Assembly: GCA_949439935.1 (NCBI GenBank)
Contig: CASRZA010000003.1
Location: forward strand, 1 to 37,699
DNA from: an uncultured Bacilli bacterium
Lineage (GTDB): Bacteria; Bacillota_I; Bacilli_A; RF39; UBA660
Direction of reading: 5' to 3'
DNA: 37,699 nucleotides
Below, piece after piece: positions 8,321 to 17,633 of the stretch; positions within the stretch are counted from its first letter, which is position 1; the number at the start of each line of letters is the position of its first letter. The notes below the pieces were generated by a model, which saw only the letters and a list, made by a program, of their open reading frames with translations, ran no database searches and had not been told where the DNA came from. The translations under genes and the position numbers were made by a program.

Positions 8321-8608
8321 CTATTGAAAAAAAATAGGTCCATTGTTAGAATACCCCTGTGATGATGAGACTGAATCGTTAAAAGACTTTGCCAATTCTA
8401 ATCCAGTATTTTTCATATCGTAAGTAGTATTTTTTATAGAACTCAGTTTTTGGAAAAAGGCAGGGGCCTTCGATAAGAGAGGTTTAATCTCCCTATATAT
8501 AGGAGCGATTTGCTTAACTATTCCCATAGTTCGCGACAAGCTTCCTAGAATCCTGACCAAAGATAATCCAGAAGTTCCACCCGCGAGAGTATTTAGTCCT
8601 AAATTCAT
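8321..8608 (-). CDS. VrrA/YqfQ-like small protein
   Basis: LGSLSRTMGIVKQIAPIYREIKPLL resembles the YqfQ-like core; SD AGGTGA. Confidence 0.55.
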   Translation of the reverse strand: MNLGLNTLAGGTSGLSLVRILGSLSRTMGIVKQIAPIYREIKPLLSKAPAFFQKLSSIKNTTYDMKNTGLELAKSFNDSVSSSQGYSNNGPIFFQ

Positions 8609-8770
8609 ATGTGTTCACCTAATTAATTATATGTAAAAGACATATACTAATTTCCTATAAAAAGAATATATTATATTAGATTTGACATATCTAGACACGA
8701 TATCGATACTAGTTTTTGCAATTTCTTCAAAACTGTGATATAATCTAGATAATCACGAGGTGAAAAAAAG

Positions 8771-9292
8771 ATGACTCTAGAAGAGATCTTTAACGATAAA
8801 GAATTTATGGATACTATTGAACCTTTTCTGAAAGAAGAAAAGATCCAATCGTTAAAAAATATACCCCATCATGATTCAAACAGACTAGAACACAGTCTTA
8901 AAGTGTCGTACAGTTCTTATAAGTGGTGCAAGAAGATGAAGTTGAATTTCCAAAGCGCTGCCAAAGCGGGGCTTTTACACGACCTTTACTATAATAGAAT
9001 CGAAGAATGCACGACTGTGAAAGATAAATTTTTCTTGTTTACTAACGAGCACCCTGAAGATGCTGTAAAAAACGCCAGTGAGATCTTCCACTTGACTTCA
9101 CTCGAGAAAGACATCATAGTGTCTCACATGTGGCCAGCATCTAAACATATGCCAAAAAGAAAAGAATCTTTCGTCGTAAGCCTTGCCGATAAGTATTATA
9201 GTTTCTTTGAAGTAGGACTCAAATGGAACTATAATCTCTCTTTCATGACAGGCGTATTCTTTATATTTATAATGTATTCAATATTCAATTAG
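8771..9292 (+). CDS. HD-domain phosphohydrolase with C-terminal hydrophobic helix
   Basis: HH..NRLEHS, GLLHD, HP, SHMWP, ADK motifs; SD GAGGTG. Confidence 0.85.
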   Translation: MTLEEIFNDKEFMDTIEPFLKEEKIQSLKNIPHHDSNRLEHSLKVSYSSYKWCKKMKLNFQSAAKAGLLHDLYYNRIEECTTVKDKFFLFTNEHPEDAVKNASEIFHLTSLEKDIIVSHMWPASKHMPKRKESFVVSLADKYYSFFEVGLKWNYNLSFMTGVFFIFIMYSIFN

Positions 9293-9364
9293 ATCGAAAA
9301 GATCTTTTTTTTATAACTCGATATGTTATAATATGTTTATTAGAGAAGAAGGAGAATAACTAAA

Positions 9365-10144
9365 ATGAATGAAACAGAATTAAAATATCCGATCAAATAT
9401 GCGATCATGCCAGTCGAAGAACAGACTGGTTGGAGGAAAGATATACATGACTTGACTCCTATTTTCACAGTCGTTGCTCACATGGCAGTCAAATGTTACG
9501 TAGTAAATGAAAAAGTAAGTTATCGTAGTGATGGAAATAGTCGCAGTACCTACGACGTAGTTTTCCTATATGATAAACCTGATTGTGTGAGTAAGTTTGC
9601 TCCAGCTCAACCTGAGTTTAGCATTTCTGACAGCTGTACGAACTCAGTTGCAGTAGATACAGTTTTCGATAGTTTTTCGGATGCACAAACGGCCGCGCGA
9701 AAAAAGGACGAAGAAATGTTTGAGCAAGTAAAGCGAATGAACTTGCCACAAAATTATATGGAAGCATTGCCAGTAGATTTGAACAGTTGGTTTAAAGATA
9801 CTTTCGAAGAATATAGAGAAACTGAGGCAATTCTTGAAGAGTTGTCCAAAGGCATAGAGATTACTAAATCATATGGAGAAATTTTGGAAGATCTCATCGA
9901 CAGAATACTTTCTAATTCTAAAGATTTTTATGTTCAGCTCGCGAAATCGCTACCTCTTCAGGAGAGAGTTCTGTTAAGAAGAGCCCTCGATAAAAGGACA
10001 TGTGACAATTGTCAAATAAGAAACTGTCACGTGGACGCAAGCGATAGGGCTGAACTTGTCGAGTGTCTACATTGTGATAATGACGAATTGATAGGTCGTC
10101 AGTTTATTTTAGGGCAAAAAAAAGGGCCACACTCTCATAGCTAA
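9365..10144 (+). CDS. Hypothetical protein, paralog of 10183..10845, Cys-rich C-terminus
   Basis: SD AAGGAG; YPIKYAIMPVEE N-terminus; CDNC..C..CLHC; ends GRQFILGQKK.. Confidence 0.8.
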   Translation: MNETELKYPIKYAIMPVEEQTGWRKDIHDLTPIFTVVAHMAVKCYVVNEKVSYRSDGNSRSTYDVVFLYDKPDCVSKFAPAQPEFSISDSCTNSVAVDTVFDSFSDAQTAARKKDEEMFEQVKRMNLPQNYMEALPVDLNSWFKDTFEEYRETEAILEELSKGIEITKSYGEILEDLIDRILSNSKDFYVQLAKSLPLQERVLLRRALDKRTCDNCQIRNCHVDASDRAELVECLHCDNDELIGRQFILGQKKGPHSHS

Positions 10145-10182
10145 GTGAAAGTCCCTTTTAGATTAGAATAGGAGATATAGTT

Positions 10183-10845
10183 ATGGAAAAAGACTTTAAA
10201 TTAAATTACCCCATCAAATATGCGATCATGCCGGTCGAAGAACATACTGGTTGGGCCTATGGAATACATGAGTTGGTAAGAGATTACAGCGTTGTGGCTT
10301 ATATAGCCATGAAGTGTCGTATCGTTAAGGAAGTTAAAAAATACTTCCAGGACGGTTCCTTTAAAACTACATATGAAGTCGTATTTTTATACGACAGAAA
10401 AACACTAAACAGCTGTTTCGAGCCTAATAAACCACATTTCAACTTTGACGGCGATTGTACAGATACAGTTGTCGTAGATGCCATATTCGACGACTTTGCA
10501 ACCGCGAAGGACGCATGCATTCCAAAGAACAAAAAAATATTATCTACCGCGATGATGGGTTTATCTCTAGGAGAAGATTTGGAAAGAGAATACAGAGAAT
10601 TACTAGATCATCACGATAAAACTCTCGCTAAATATGGTGCGATCGAAAGTTCTGTCGAGGAAGCGACAAAAGATGAAATCATTTCAAAAGATGAAACGTG
10701 CCAGATCGATCAAAGCGAAGAAGTTGGAGTTGACGAGAGTGGAAAAGAACAAGGATCCGATTGTATAAGTTGGGAAAATCATGAACCAGTCGGCAGACAA
10801 TTCGTTCTAGGACCAAAAAAAGCAAACGATGTTTCTCACAATTAG
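10183..10845 (+). CDS. Hypothetical protein, paralog of 9365..10144
   Basis: SD AGGAG; YPIKYAIMPVEE N-terminus; ends GRQFVLGPKK.. Confidence 0.8.
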   Translation: MEKDFKLNYPIKYAIMPVEEHTGWAYGIHELVRDYSVVAYIAMKCRIVKEVKKYFQDGSFKTTYEVVFLYDRKTLNSCFEPNKPHFNFDGDCTDTVVVDAIFDDFATAKDACIPKNKKILSTAMMGLSLGEDLEREYRELLDHHDKTLAKYGAIESSVEEATKDEIISKDETCQIDQSEEVGVDESGKEQGSDCISWENHEPVGRQFVLGPKKANDVSHN

Positions 10846-10867
10846 GTGAGGATTTTTTCGTTTTTTC

Positions 10868-10895
10868 TTGTCAATTTTCTCCTTTATGCTATAAT
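10868..10895 (+). promoter_or_regulatory. Sigma-A promoter of tRNA
   Basis: TTGTCA-16 bp-TATAAT with TG extension. Confidence 0.7.
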
Positions 10896-10908
10896 TATAA
10901 CTAGAGAT

Positions 10909-10985
10909 GTTCTCGTAGCTCAGCTGGATAGAGCACCGCCCTCCTAAGGCGGGTGTCGGGCGTTCAAATCGCCCCGGGGACACCA
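10909..10985 (+). tRNA. tRNA-Arg(CCT)
   Basis: Acceptor GTTCTCG/CGGGGAC-A-CCA; D arm GCTC..GAGC; anticodon arm CCGCC-CTCCTAA-GGCGG; T loop TTCAAAT; 77 nt. Confidence 0.97.
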
Positions 10986-11032
10986 TATTAAAAATTAATC
11001 TTTTTAAGATTTTTATAATGGAAGGTGATAAT

Positions 11033-11665
11033 ATGGAATTGTTGGACATTTACGATGAGAATGAAAATCACATAGGAACAGAAGAGCGTAGTATCGTGCA
11101 TAGAGATGCGCTTTGGCACAAGACAGTCCATTGTTGGCTTTATGATAAAGAAGGGAATATATACTTCCAAATAAGAAAAGACAAAGGAAAACTCTATACT
11201 ACTGCATCTGGTCACATAAAAGCTGGCGAGTCAGTCAAAGAAGGTTTTGGTCGCGAGATAGAAGAAGAGATAGGAATAAAAGTCGATTATGAACAAGCTC
11301 GTTTAGTGGACGTCGTAAGATTCATAATGGATAGAGAAGAACCTGATGGCAGAGTATTTAGAGACAGAGCTTTTGCAAACGTCTATGTTCTAGACTTTGA
11401 AAGTCCTATCGAAGAATTTAACTTCGACGAAGAAGAGATCTTAGGCTTAGTAAAAATAGATGCTGTAGAAACTCTAGAATTATTAAAAAGAGAGAACGGC
11501 TCGATAGAAGGAACACTCATCGTTAAAGAAAATGGTAAGAACGTAGCCAAAAAAGAAGAGATACCTTTCGAAAAGTTCCTAGTAAATCCAGGCGAGACAG
11601 CCCTAGGAAAGTATGGAGACGTCTTAAATAAAGTGATCTCGTTGACAGAACAAGAAACTGCATAA
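11033..11665 (+). CDS. NUDIX hydrolase (IPP-isomerase-like subgroup)
   Basis: Nudix box GHIKAGESVKEGFGREIEEEIGI; WHKTVHCW; SD AAGGTGA. Confidence 0.88.
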   Translation: MELLDIYDENENHIGTEERSIVHRDALWHKTVHCWLYDKEGNIYFQIRKDKGKLYTTASGHIKAGESVKEGFGREIEEEIGIKVDYEQARLVDVVRFIMDREEPDGRVFRDRAFANVYVLDFESPIEEFNFDEEEILGLVKIDAVETLELLKRENGSIEGTLIVKENGKNVAKKEEIPFEKFLVNPGETALGKYGDVLNKVISLTEQETA

Positions 11666-11681
11666 GTTTCTTGTTTTTTTT
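11651..11681 (+). terminator. Intrinsic terminator
   Basis: CAAGAAACT-GCATA-AGTTTCTTG followed by T run. Confidence 0.75.
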
Positions 11682-11740
11682 CAAAAAGGGTTTTGCTTGC
11701 CAAATAAATATGTTATAATTACATAGAATAGAAAAGGTGT

Positions 11741-13222
11741 GTGAACGAAATGAATCCATCTGGCGAAAAAAAAGATGACTCTTTAATAATAGAAACCAAT
11801 TTTGATGGTCAAGAGAAAACTAATTCTAAATCAAAAAATCCTGAAGATGTTCTTGCACAACTTCAAGCAAACAATACTAAAGTGAGTAAAAAAGCGCAAA
11901 AGACAAAAAAGATTCCTGCAAGACAATTACAAAGATTAGAAAACTTAAGAAAAGAGCTCTTACAATCTATAAACAGTGGATCGGATGAAAGATACGATAC
12001 TCCTCAGACGTTTCAATATAGATCGATGAATCCTGAGGGACGTCTAGAGACTGGCACTTTTATCGGCGTTTCAAAACTAGATATATACACTTTCCTAACA
12101 GGAGAAGGATATACGATATATAGTTTACAGACATCTAAACTTATCAATTTCGTATATGGACAAGCTGGAGGAAAATACAGCAGAATGTCCGTCAAAGACC
12201 TGATCTTCTTCATATCACAGCTAGAGACTTACATTAAATCGGGAATAACTCTTACTGAAGCGATGAGAATTTTAAGTAAGCAGCTGAAAAAAAACAAAAA
12301 ACAACACGCGATAACACAATCGATCGTCTACTATCTTACCATGGGTGAAGCTTTCAGCAGTGCTCTAGAAAAGCAAGTTGGAGCATTCCCACCACTAGTC
12401 ATCAACATGGTAAAAGCTGCCGAGGCTGCTGGTAACTTAGACGAGACTCTCGAAGATCTAAGTCACTACTACGAAGAGATAAACGCTACACAAAAACAGA
12501 TGATAAGCGCGATGACTTATCCTGCAGTAGTAGGTATATTCTCTTTGATAATTATAGCCTTTATTATGATCTCCATCGTTCCTCAATTCGTCGGAATATA
12601 TGCCTCAGCAGGAGCGGAGTTAAATCCACTTACGATATTCGTAATCAATTCGAGTAATTTCTTACAAAAATATATTTGGTACATAGTCGCCGGTATATTT
12701 GGAACTATAGGGTTGCTAGTTTTAGTTTATAAAGGATCTAAAGTGTTTAAGAAGCAGATGCAAACACTTATGATGCACATCCCGATACTGGGACAGATCA
12801 TCATATACAACGAACTTACTATATTTACTAAGACCTTCGCATCGCTTTTGAGAAACGACGTCTTTATAACCGACAGTATTGAGATCCTTTCCAAGATAAC
12901 GAATAACGAAGTCTATAGAGAAATCATGTTCGATACGATGAACAACATAACGCGAGGAGAAAAGATAAGTGAGTCTTTTAAAGACCATTGGGCCGTTCCA
13001 GACATCGCCTATTACATGTTAGTAACGGGAGAGAATACAGGTCAACTTCCTGCGATGATGTCTAAGGTAAGTTCCTATTATCAAGAACAACATAGGGCGA
13101 TCGTCAACTCCTTAAAAGCACTCATCGAGCCCATCTTGATAATCTTCTTAGCGGTCGTCGTCGGAGGAGTTTTGATCGCCGTAGTTTATCCGATGTTCGA
13201 ACTATACGGAAATATCATGTAG
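11741..13222 (+). CDS. pilC: Type IV pilus / T2SS F-family platform protein
   Basis: Two T2SSF domains (AAEAAGNL; TGENTGQL), AMTYPAVV, LIEPILI, YPMFELY; GTG start with SD AAGG. Confidence 0.92.
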   Translation: MNEMNPSGEKKDDSLIIETNFDGQEKTNSKSKNPEDVLAQLQANNTKVSKKAQKTKKIPARQLQRLENLRKELLQSINSGSDERYDTPQTFQYRSMNPEGRLETGTFIGVSKLDIYTFLTGEGYTIYSLQTSKLINFVYGQAGGKYSRMSVKDLIFFISQLETYIKSGITLTEAMRILSKQLKKNKKQHAITQSIVYYLTMGEAFSSALEKQVGAFPPLVINMVKAAEAAGNLDETLEDLSHYYEEINATQKQMISAMTYPAVVGIFSLIIIAFIMISIVPQFVGIYASAGAELNPLTIFVINSSNFLQKYIWYIVAGIFGTIGLLVLVYKGSKVFKKQMQTLMMHIPILGQIIIYNELTIFTKTFASLLRNDVFITDSIEILSKITNNEVYREIMFDTMNNITRGEKISESFKDHWAVPDIAYYMLVTGENTGQLPAMMSKVSSYYQEQHRAIVNSLKALIEPILIIFLAVVVGGVLIAVVYPMFELYGNIM

Positions 13223-13232
13223 AAGGTACATC

Positions 13233-13994
13233 ATGATCCAATATATATTTATATTTGTACTAGGTTCAGTTCTCGCATCGTTCATGCACGTATACGTCAC
13301 CAGACTCCTAGCCGAACAGTCGATCGTCAAACCACGTAGCCATTGCACGACATGTGGACACACTCTTAGTTGGTATGAACTGATACCGATCGTCTCATAT
13401 GCGATCCAAAAAGGTAGATGTCGAAATTGCAAGGCGAAAATAGGAATCGACTCACTGTTGATAGAAATAATCACAGGTTTACTGTTCGTGGTGACGTTCG
13501 CTATATTCGGTTATACGTTTAAAACGCTTTTAGGATTCGTCATAGTTTTAATAATGATCTCCGTATTTCTAAGCGATTTTAAAGAGATGATAATCTTAGA
13601 TAGCACATTAATAGTAGGAATGATATTGATATATCTTTTGATCTATCTAGATTTAGGACTTTGGAAAGGAATTTACAAGAGCTTCCTCTACGGAGTGTTC
13701 GCCTTTGTACTCATGATAGTGGTCAAAGTTCTAGGAGATGCCGCCTTCAAACGAGATTCACTAGGAGGAGGGGATATAAAACTCGCTTTCCTGATGGGTT
13801 CGATACTTCCATACAATCTATTTCTCATATCGATCGTCATAGGATCTACCTGTGCGCTTCCATATGCTTTATATATATCTATTACCAAAAAGACGAACGA
13901 ACTGGCCTTCGGTCCATTTCTAGTCTTAGGGTTATACTTGACATTCATATTACAAAATCATATTTTAGAATTTTTAAATTTACTCATTAACTAG
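13233..13994 (+). CDS. pilD: Prepilin peptidase (A24)
   Basis: PRSHCTTC, ELIPIVSY, GRCRNC, GGGDIKL, FGPFL. Confidence 0.95.
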   Translation: MIQYIFIFVLGSVLASFMHVYVTRLLAEQSIVKPRSHCTTCGHTLSWYELIPIVSYAIQKGRCRNCKAKIGIDSLLIEIITGLLFVVTFAIFGYTFKTLLGFVIVLIMISVFLSDFKEMIILDSTLIVGMILIYLLIYLDLGLWKGIYKSFLYGVFAFVLMIVVKVLGDAAFKRDSLGGGDIKLAFLMGSILPYNLFLISIVIGSTCALPYALYISITKKTNELAFGPFLVLGLYLTFILQNHILEFLNLLIN

Positions 13995-14009
13995 AAAGGT
14001 TTTTTACTT

Positions 14010-14624
14010 ATGAAAAAGAATAAAAATATACCGATGATAATCTTTGCAATGATAATCGTAGTACTTATGGCGATCTCCATCACAGGAGTGATCGACGAAC
14101 AAATAGGAATGTGCATATCGCTATTTTTAGTGATAATATTCACACTTTTAATCGCTGGAACAGCACATAAAAGCGGACTATTAGCTATAGAGATACTGAT
14201 GTTCATATTTATGATCGTAGGAGTTGCGCTTTTCGGCCTAAACGTCTATAACCTTGTCAAAGGTGAAAAAGAATATGAATTTCAGGTAACAGTCACTCCA
14301 AACGAAAGTGTCAAACAAAAATTCTTAACTTTTGATGGATACGACTACTACACCTACAATTTAAAAGATGTAAAAGTTACCATGTCCCAAGACGACAAAA
14401 CATACTCGTTAGAACAGGCTTTTCAAGAAGGTAAGTTAACCCTAGATAAAATCAAATCTCTTATGGTTCCGAATGAAGGAACTGTAGGATACAAAATTTA
14501 CTACGATGGAGGACAGTCGAAATATGAAAATTCGCAATATTCTTTAGTAGTATGCGAAAACAAAAAAGAAGCCATATTTACGACTTACGATTATGTCTAT
14601 ACTGAAGATATGTGTCAAAACTAA
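14010..14624 (+). CDS. Hypothetical membrane protein (3 N-terminal TM + soluble domain)
   Basis: SD GAAAGG; hydrophobic N-terminal 80 aa; directly after pilD. Confidence 0.75.
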   Translation: MKKNKNIPMIIFAMIIVVLMAISITGVIDEQIGMCISLFLVIIFTLLIAGTAHKSGLLAIEILMFIFMIVGVALFGLNVYNLVKGEKEYEFQVTVTPNESVKQKFLTFDGYDYYTYNLKDVKVTMSQDDKTYSLEQAFQEGKLTLDKIKSLMVPNEGTVGYKIYYDGGQSKYENSQYSLVVCENKKEAIFTTYDYVYTEDMCQN

Positions 14625-14980
14625 CGTTTCAAATTTATACCGATCATACTGCCGATCGTTGTAGATGCAATGATGACGAGATAATAAAGTAGTATGTATA
14701 AACTGAAAGATCTATATAATATGAGATTTAATAAAAATAAAATGCTTATTACGATCCCACCGATCTTTAATCCTTCCAAGTAGCCTTTCTTGGAAGTTTT
14801 TTTCCCTTCGATAACTCCTAAAATTAAAGTTATGATGGAGATAACTACAAAGTTGATTTTCACTATCGAATTCAATTTGATCACACCAGTATAGTTAACA
14901 ACTAATAAAATGACTAAGTAGAGTATAAAAGTTCCGAGAAACCATAAAGTCGGCTTTAAATATTTTTTAAGTTTTTCCAT
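14621..14980 (-). CDS. TIGR04086/YrzE-like 4-TM membrane protein
   Basis: GKKTSKKGYLEGLKIG and C-terminal IGSMIGIN motifs; SD GGTGA before ATG 14980. Confidence 0.75.
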   Translation of the reverse strand: MEKLKKYLKPTLWFLGTFILYLVILLVVNYTGVIKLNSIVKINFVVISIITLILGVIEGKKTSKKGYLEGLKIGGIVISILFLLNLILYRSFSLYILLYYLVIIASTTIGSMIGINLKR

Positions 14981-15063
14981 ATAATTATTCACCACAATAA
15001 ATTATAGAGTAAAGCGCTGTAAAATATGATATACTTTTACTTTTTTATATGTTATACTTAAGT

Positions 15064-15219
15064 TATCCAAAGGGTTACATAAAACCGACTAAGTGATGAT
15101 TGGGGATCTAATTGATCTGTGGTGTTGAATACTTGAGTCATCGACTCTTGGCTCCTAAAGCAGATCATGTGATGACCCACCTGGCGCGAGCGCGGGCTTT
15201 TATCACACCCCTTTGGATA
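15064..15219 (+). ncRNA. ssrS: 6S RNA
   Basis: Closing stem TATCCAAAGGG/CCCTTTGGATA followed by T run; internal TGATCTG/CAGATCA; Firmicute-type ACCCACCTG..GAGCGCGGG hairpin; TGnTATACT at 15050-15058; upstream of tcdA as for B. subtilis bsrA-yrvM. Confidence 0.85.
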
Positions 15220-15242
15220 TTTTTTATAGGAAGTGTTTTTTT

Positions 15243-15914
15243 ATGTTTGATAGATTGATCACCTTAATAGGGGAAGAGAAACTGAAGAAAATTAAAAGTA
15301 AAAAAGTTCTCGTTCTAGGTTGTGGGGGAGTAGGCGGATATGTGATCGAAGCCCTAGTGAGAAGTGGTATTGAAAACATCACGATCGTAGACAAAGACAC
15401 AGTGGATGTCACTAACAAAAATCGACAGATAATAGCTTTAAATTCTACGATAGGTTTGTATAAAGTCGATGCCATGAAACTCCGTCTAGAGGATATTTCT
15501 GAATCGGTTGAGGTTGATACGATCAAAGATTACATAAAAGAAGATTCTATAAACTCTTTAAACCTCGAGGCATATGATTACATCGTAGACTGCATAGATG
15601 ATACCCCAGTGAAAGTAGCACTTGCAAAATACGCCTTAAAAAACGATTTAAAATTGATCATATCGACAGGCACGGCAAAGAAGTTACACCCAGAACTTTT
15701 AAAGATGACTACTCTAGACAAGACTTCATACGATCCACTTGCCAAGAGAATGAGACAACTTCTTAAAGGCGAGAAGACAAACAGACTGACAGTTTTATCG
15801 AGTGAGGAAGAACCCATTAAAACGGAAGATAACGTTCTTGGAAGCACAGCATTTGTCCCCTCCGTTGGAGGTCTACTCATCGCGAGTTATATAATAAACG
15901 ACATCATAAAATAA
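15243..15914 (+). CDS. tcdA: tRNA threonylcarbamoyladenosine dehydratase (ThiF family)
   Basis: GCGGVGG, EALVRSG, NKNRQIIAL, DCID, DPLAKRMR, FVPSVGG; SD AGGAAG favours ATG 15243. Confidence 0.9.
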   Translation: MFDRLITLIGEEKLKKIKSKKVLVLGCGGVGGYVIEALVRSGIENITIVDKDTVDVTNKNRQIIALNSTIGLYKVDAMKLRLEDISESVEVDTIKDYIKEDSINSLNLEAYDYIVDCIDDTPVKVALAKYALKNDLKLIISTGTAKKLHPELLKMTTLDKTSYDPLAKRMRQLLKGEKTNRLTVLSSEEEPIKTEDNVLGSTAFVPSVGGLLIASYIINDIIK

Positions 15915-16050
15915 TAGTTGTCGTTTTTAAGTTTCACAAAATTTTATAAATCGATCACCTAATGTTTGATATATATATTAACATGTATATTAATATATAA
16001 TCATCGACTGGAGGAATGTCTATGATCAAAAAAAGCTTCACGGAGGATAT

Positions 16051-16383
16051 ATGTGCATCATTAGAAATGGCTTTAAAAACGAAGAAAAAAAGTAAAAAAA
16101 CAATCACAAAGAAAGAGAAATGCTCGACAAGATAATTTGCATTTTTAAGGAGGGCCTAACTTTTGATGACTTATGTAATAACCCTTTTTATTACCTTTAT
16201 CGCTTTGAGAAACTAAAACACGAAATGAAAGGTTACTATTCTTGTTATCTCTCAAAAAGCGGTGGAGTTATTAGATTGATCTTCAAAATAGATAAAGTTA
16301 CTAACGAAATCGGGCTTATATTTATAACGATGAACCACTATGAGGATTTTAAAAGAAAATTAAAGGAAGGAGTCCTAGTATGA
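16051..16383 (+). pseudogene. RelE/HigB-like toxin interrupted by in-frame TAA (16093-16095)
   Basis: GGAGG then ATG 16051, in frame with ORF 16120: MCIIRNGFKNEEKK*KNNHKEREMLDK; FEKLKHEMKGYYSCYL..RLIF..HY motif; overlaps the HTH gene by ATGA. Confidence 0.7.
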
Positions 16384-17414
16384 ATAAAATAAGATTTAAA
16401 GATTACTTAAAAGATTATCTAGAACTTAACAATATAACTAATAAAGATTTTGCTGTGAGACTAGGCCTGACCCAAAAACATTTGATCGACATCCTATCTG
16501 GCAAGGAAGATTTATCTTCGAATACGATATCTAAAATATCCATGATAACAGACATTCCCGAATCGTTTATCTATGAAATAGAATCGAATTATAAAATGGA
16601 ATGTGATATAGAAGACTATTTGGATACTCACAAATTGACTATCAGTACTTTATTAAATAAATTCAACTACAAATTTCTGATAAAAAGCGAGTTTTTACCA
16701 TTTACAGATGAAGAGGATAAAACCGAAGTGATGAAAGACATACTGAAATATTTGAGAGTACCTAAGATCGAAAAGATATACGAGATCGACAATGGAATAC
16801 TATATAAAAGTTAAAACGACAAACCAGAACTCTTAGCTTTATGGTTAGAGAAATGCTACAAAAAAACTTTAAAACAAACTATCGGAAAGTATGCAAAAGA
16901 GAATATAGATATATTGATAGGCAAGATAAGAAATTATGCTTCAAAAAGTAAGTTTGCAGAAAAAGATCTAGTGCGAGACTTTAACGAAGCGGGAATATAT
17001 TTAGTGATAGAAGAAGACATTCCGGGAAGTAAGATAAGAGGAGCTTTTAAAGTTCACAAAGATAAACCGACGATATATTTGACGAAGAAACATAGACGCA
17101 TCGCGGATATTTACTTCGCCTTATTACACGAACTCGTCCACTGTAAAAGCGATTTTAACAGAGCAAAAGCATCTAGTTTTATGTCGTTTGAAAACGAAAA
17201 AAATGATCTCGATACAAAAGCAGATCAAAAAGCTTTTGAATGGATGGTAGATGACGATTATTATTCTAGTGTCGTCTTAAAACCTGGATACAATGTATAT
17301 GCTGAAACTGAGTATCCTAAGAGTTTTGTCGTTTACAGGCTAGCAAATGACGGTAAGATAAAGTACAAAAGTGACGAATATCAATTGTTTAACACGACGA
17401 TAGAAAAAAATTAA
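16380..17414 (+). pseudogene. HigA-like XRE HTH + ImmA/IrrE metallopeptidase-domain protein split by in-frame TAA (16812-16814)
   Basis: ORFs 16380..16814 and 16914..17414 share a frame; readthrough gives ILYKS*NDKPELLALWLEKCY; HTH FAVRLGLTQKHLIDILSG; HELVH motif. Confidence 0.85.
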
Positions 17415-17511
17415 AAAGTCTAATAGGAACTCTATAAGCTTTTTTTATTTTAGATAGGATCGTTTTTTTCTTCGATCGAATACTTTAGACTGTAAAGAAA
17501 TAGCGATGTGC

Positions 17512-17540
17512 TTGCGTTTACAACCATTTCAGTATATACT
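17512..17540 (+). promoter_or_regulatory. Sigma-A promoter
   Basis: TTGCGT-17 bp-TATACT. Confidence 0.55.
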
Positions 17541-17633
17541 TTTAATATAGGATGAACTCATAAAATAAGTATCATCAAATGTATTAAATCAGATGATGAA
17601 AGACAAAATAATACAAGATGAAAGGAACTTAAC

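Noticed and set aside
10909-10985. tRNA-Arg as an island attachment site
   Set aside because: No duplicate of the tRNA 3' end and no integrase in the window.
10807-11049. 80-aa minus-strand ORF
   Set aside because: It is the antisense translation of tRNA-Arg.
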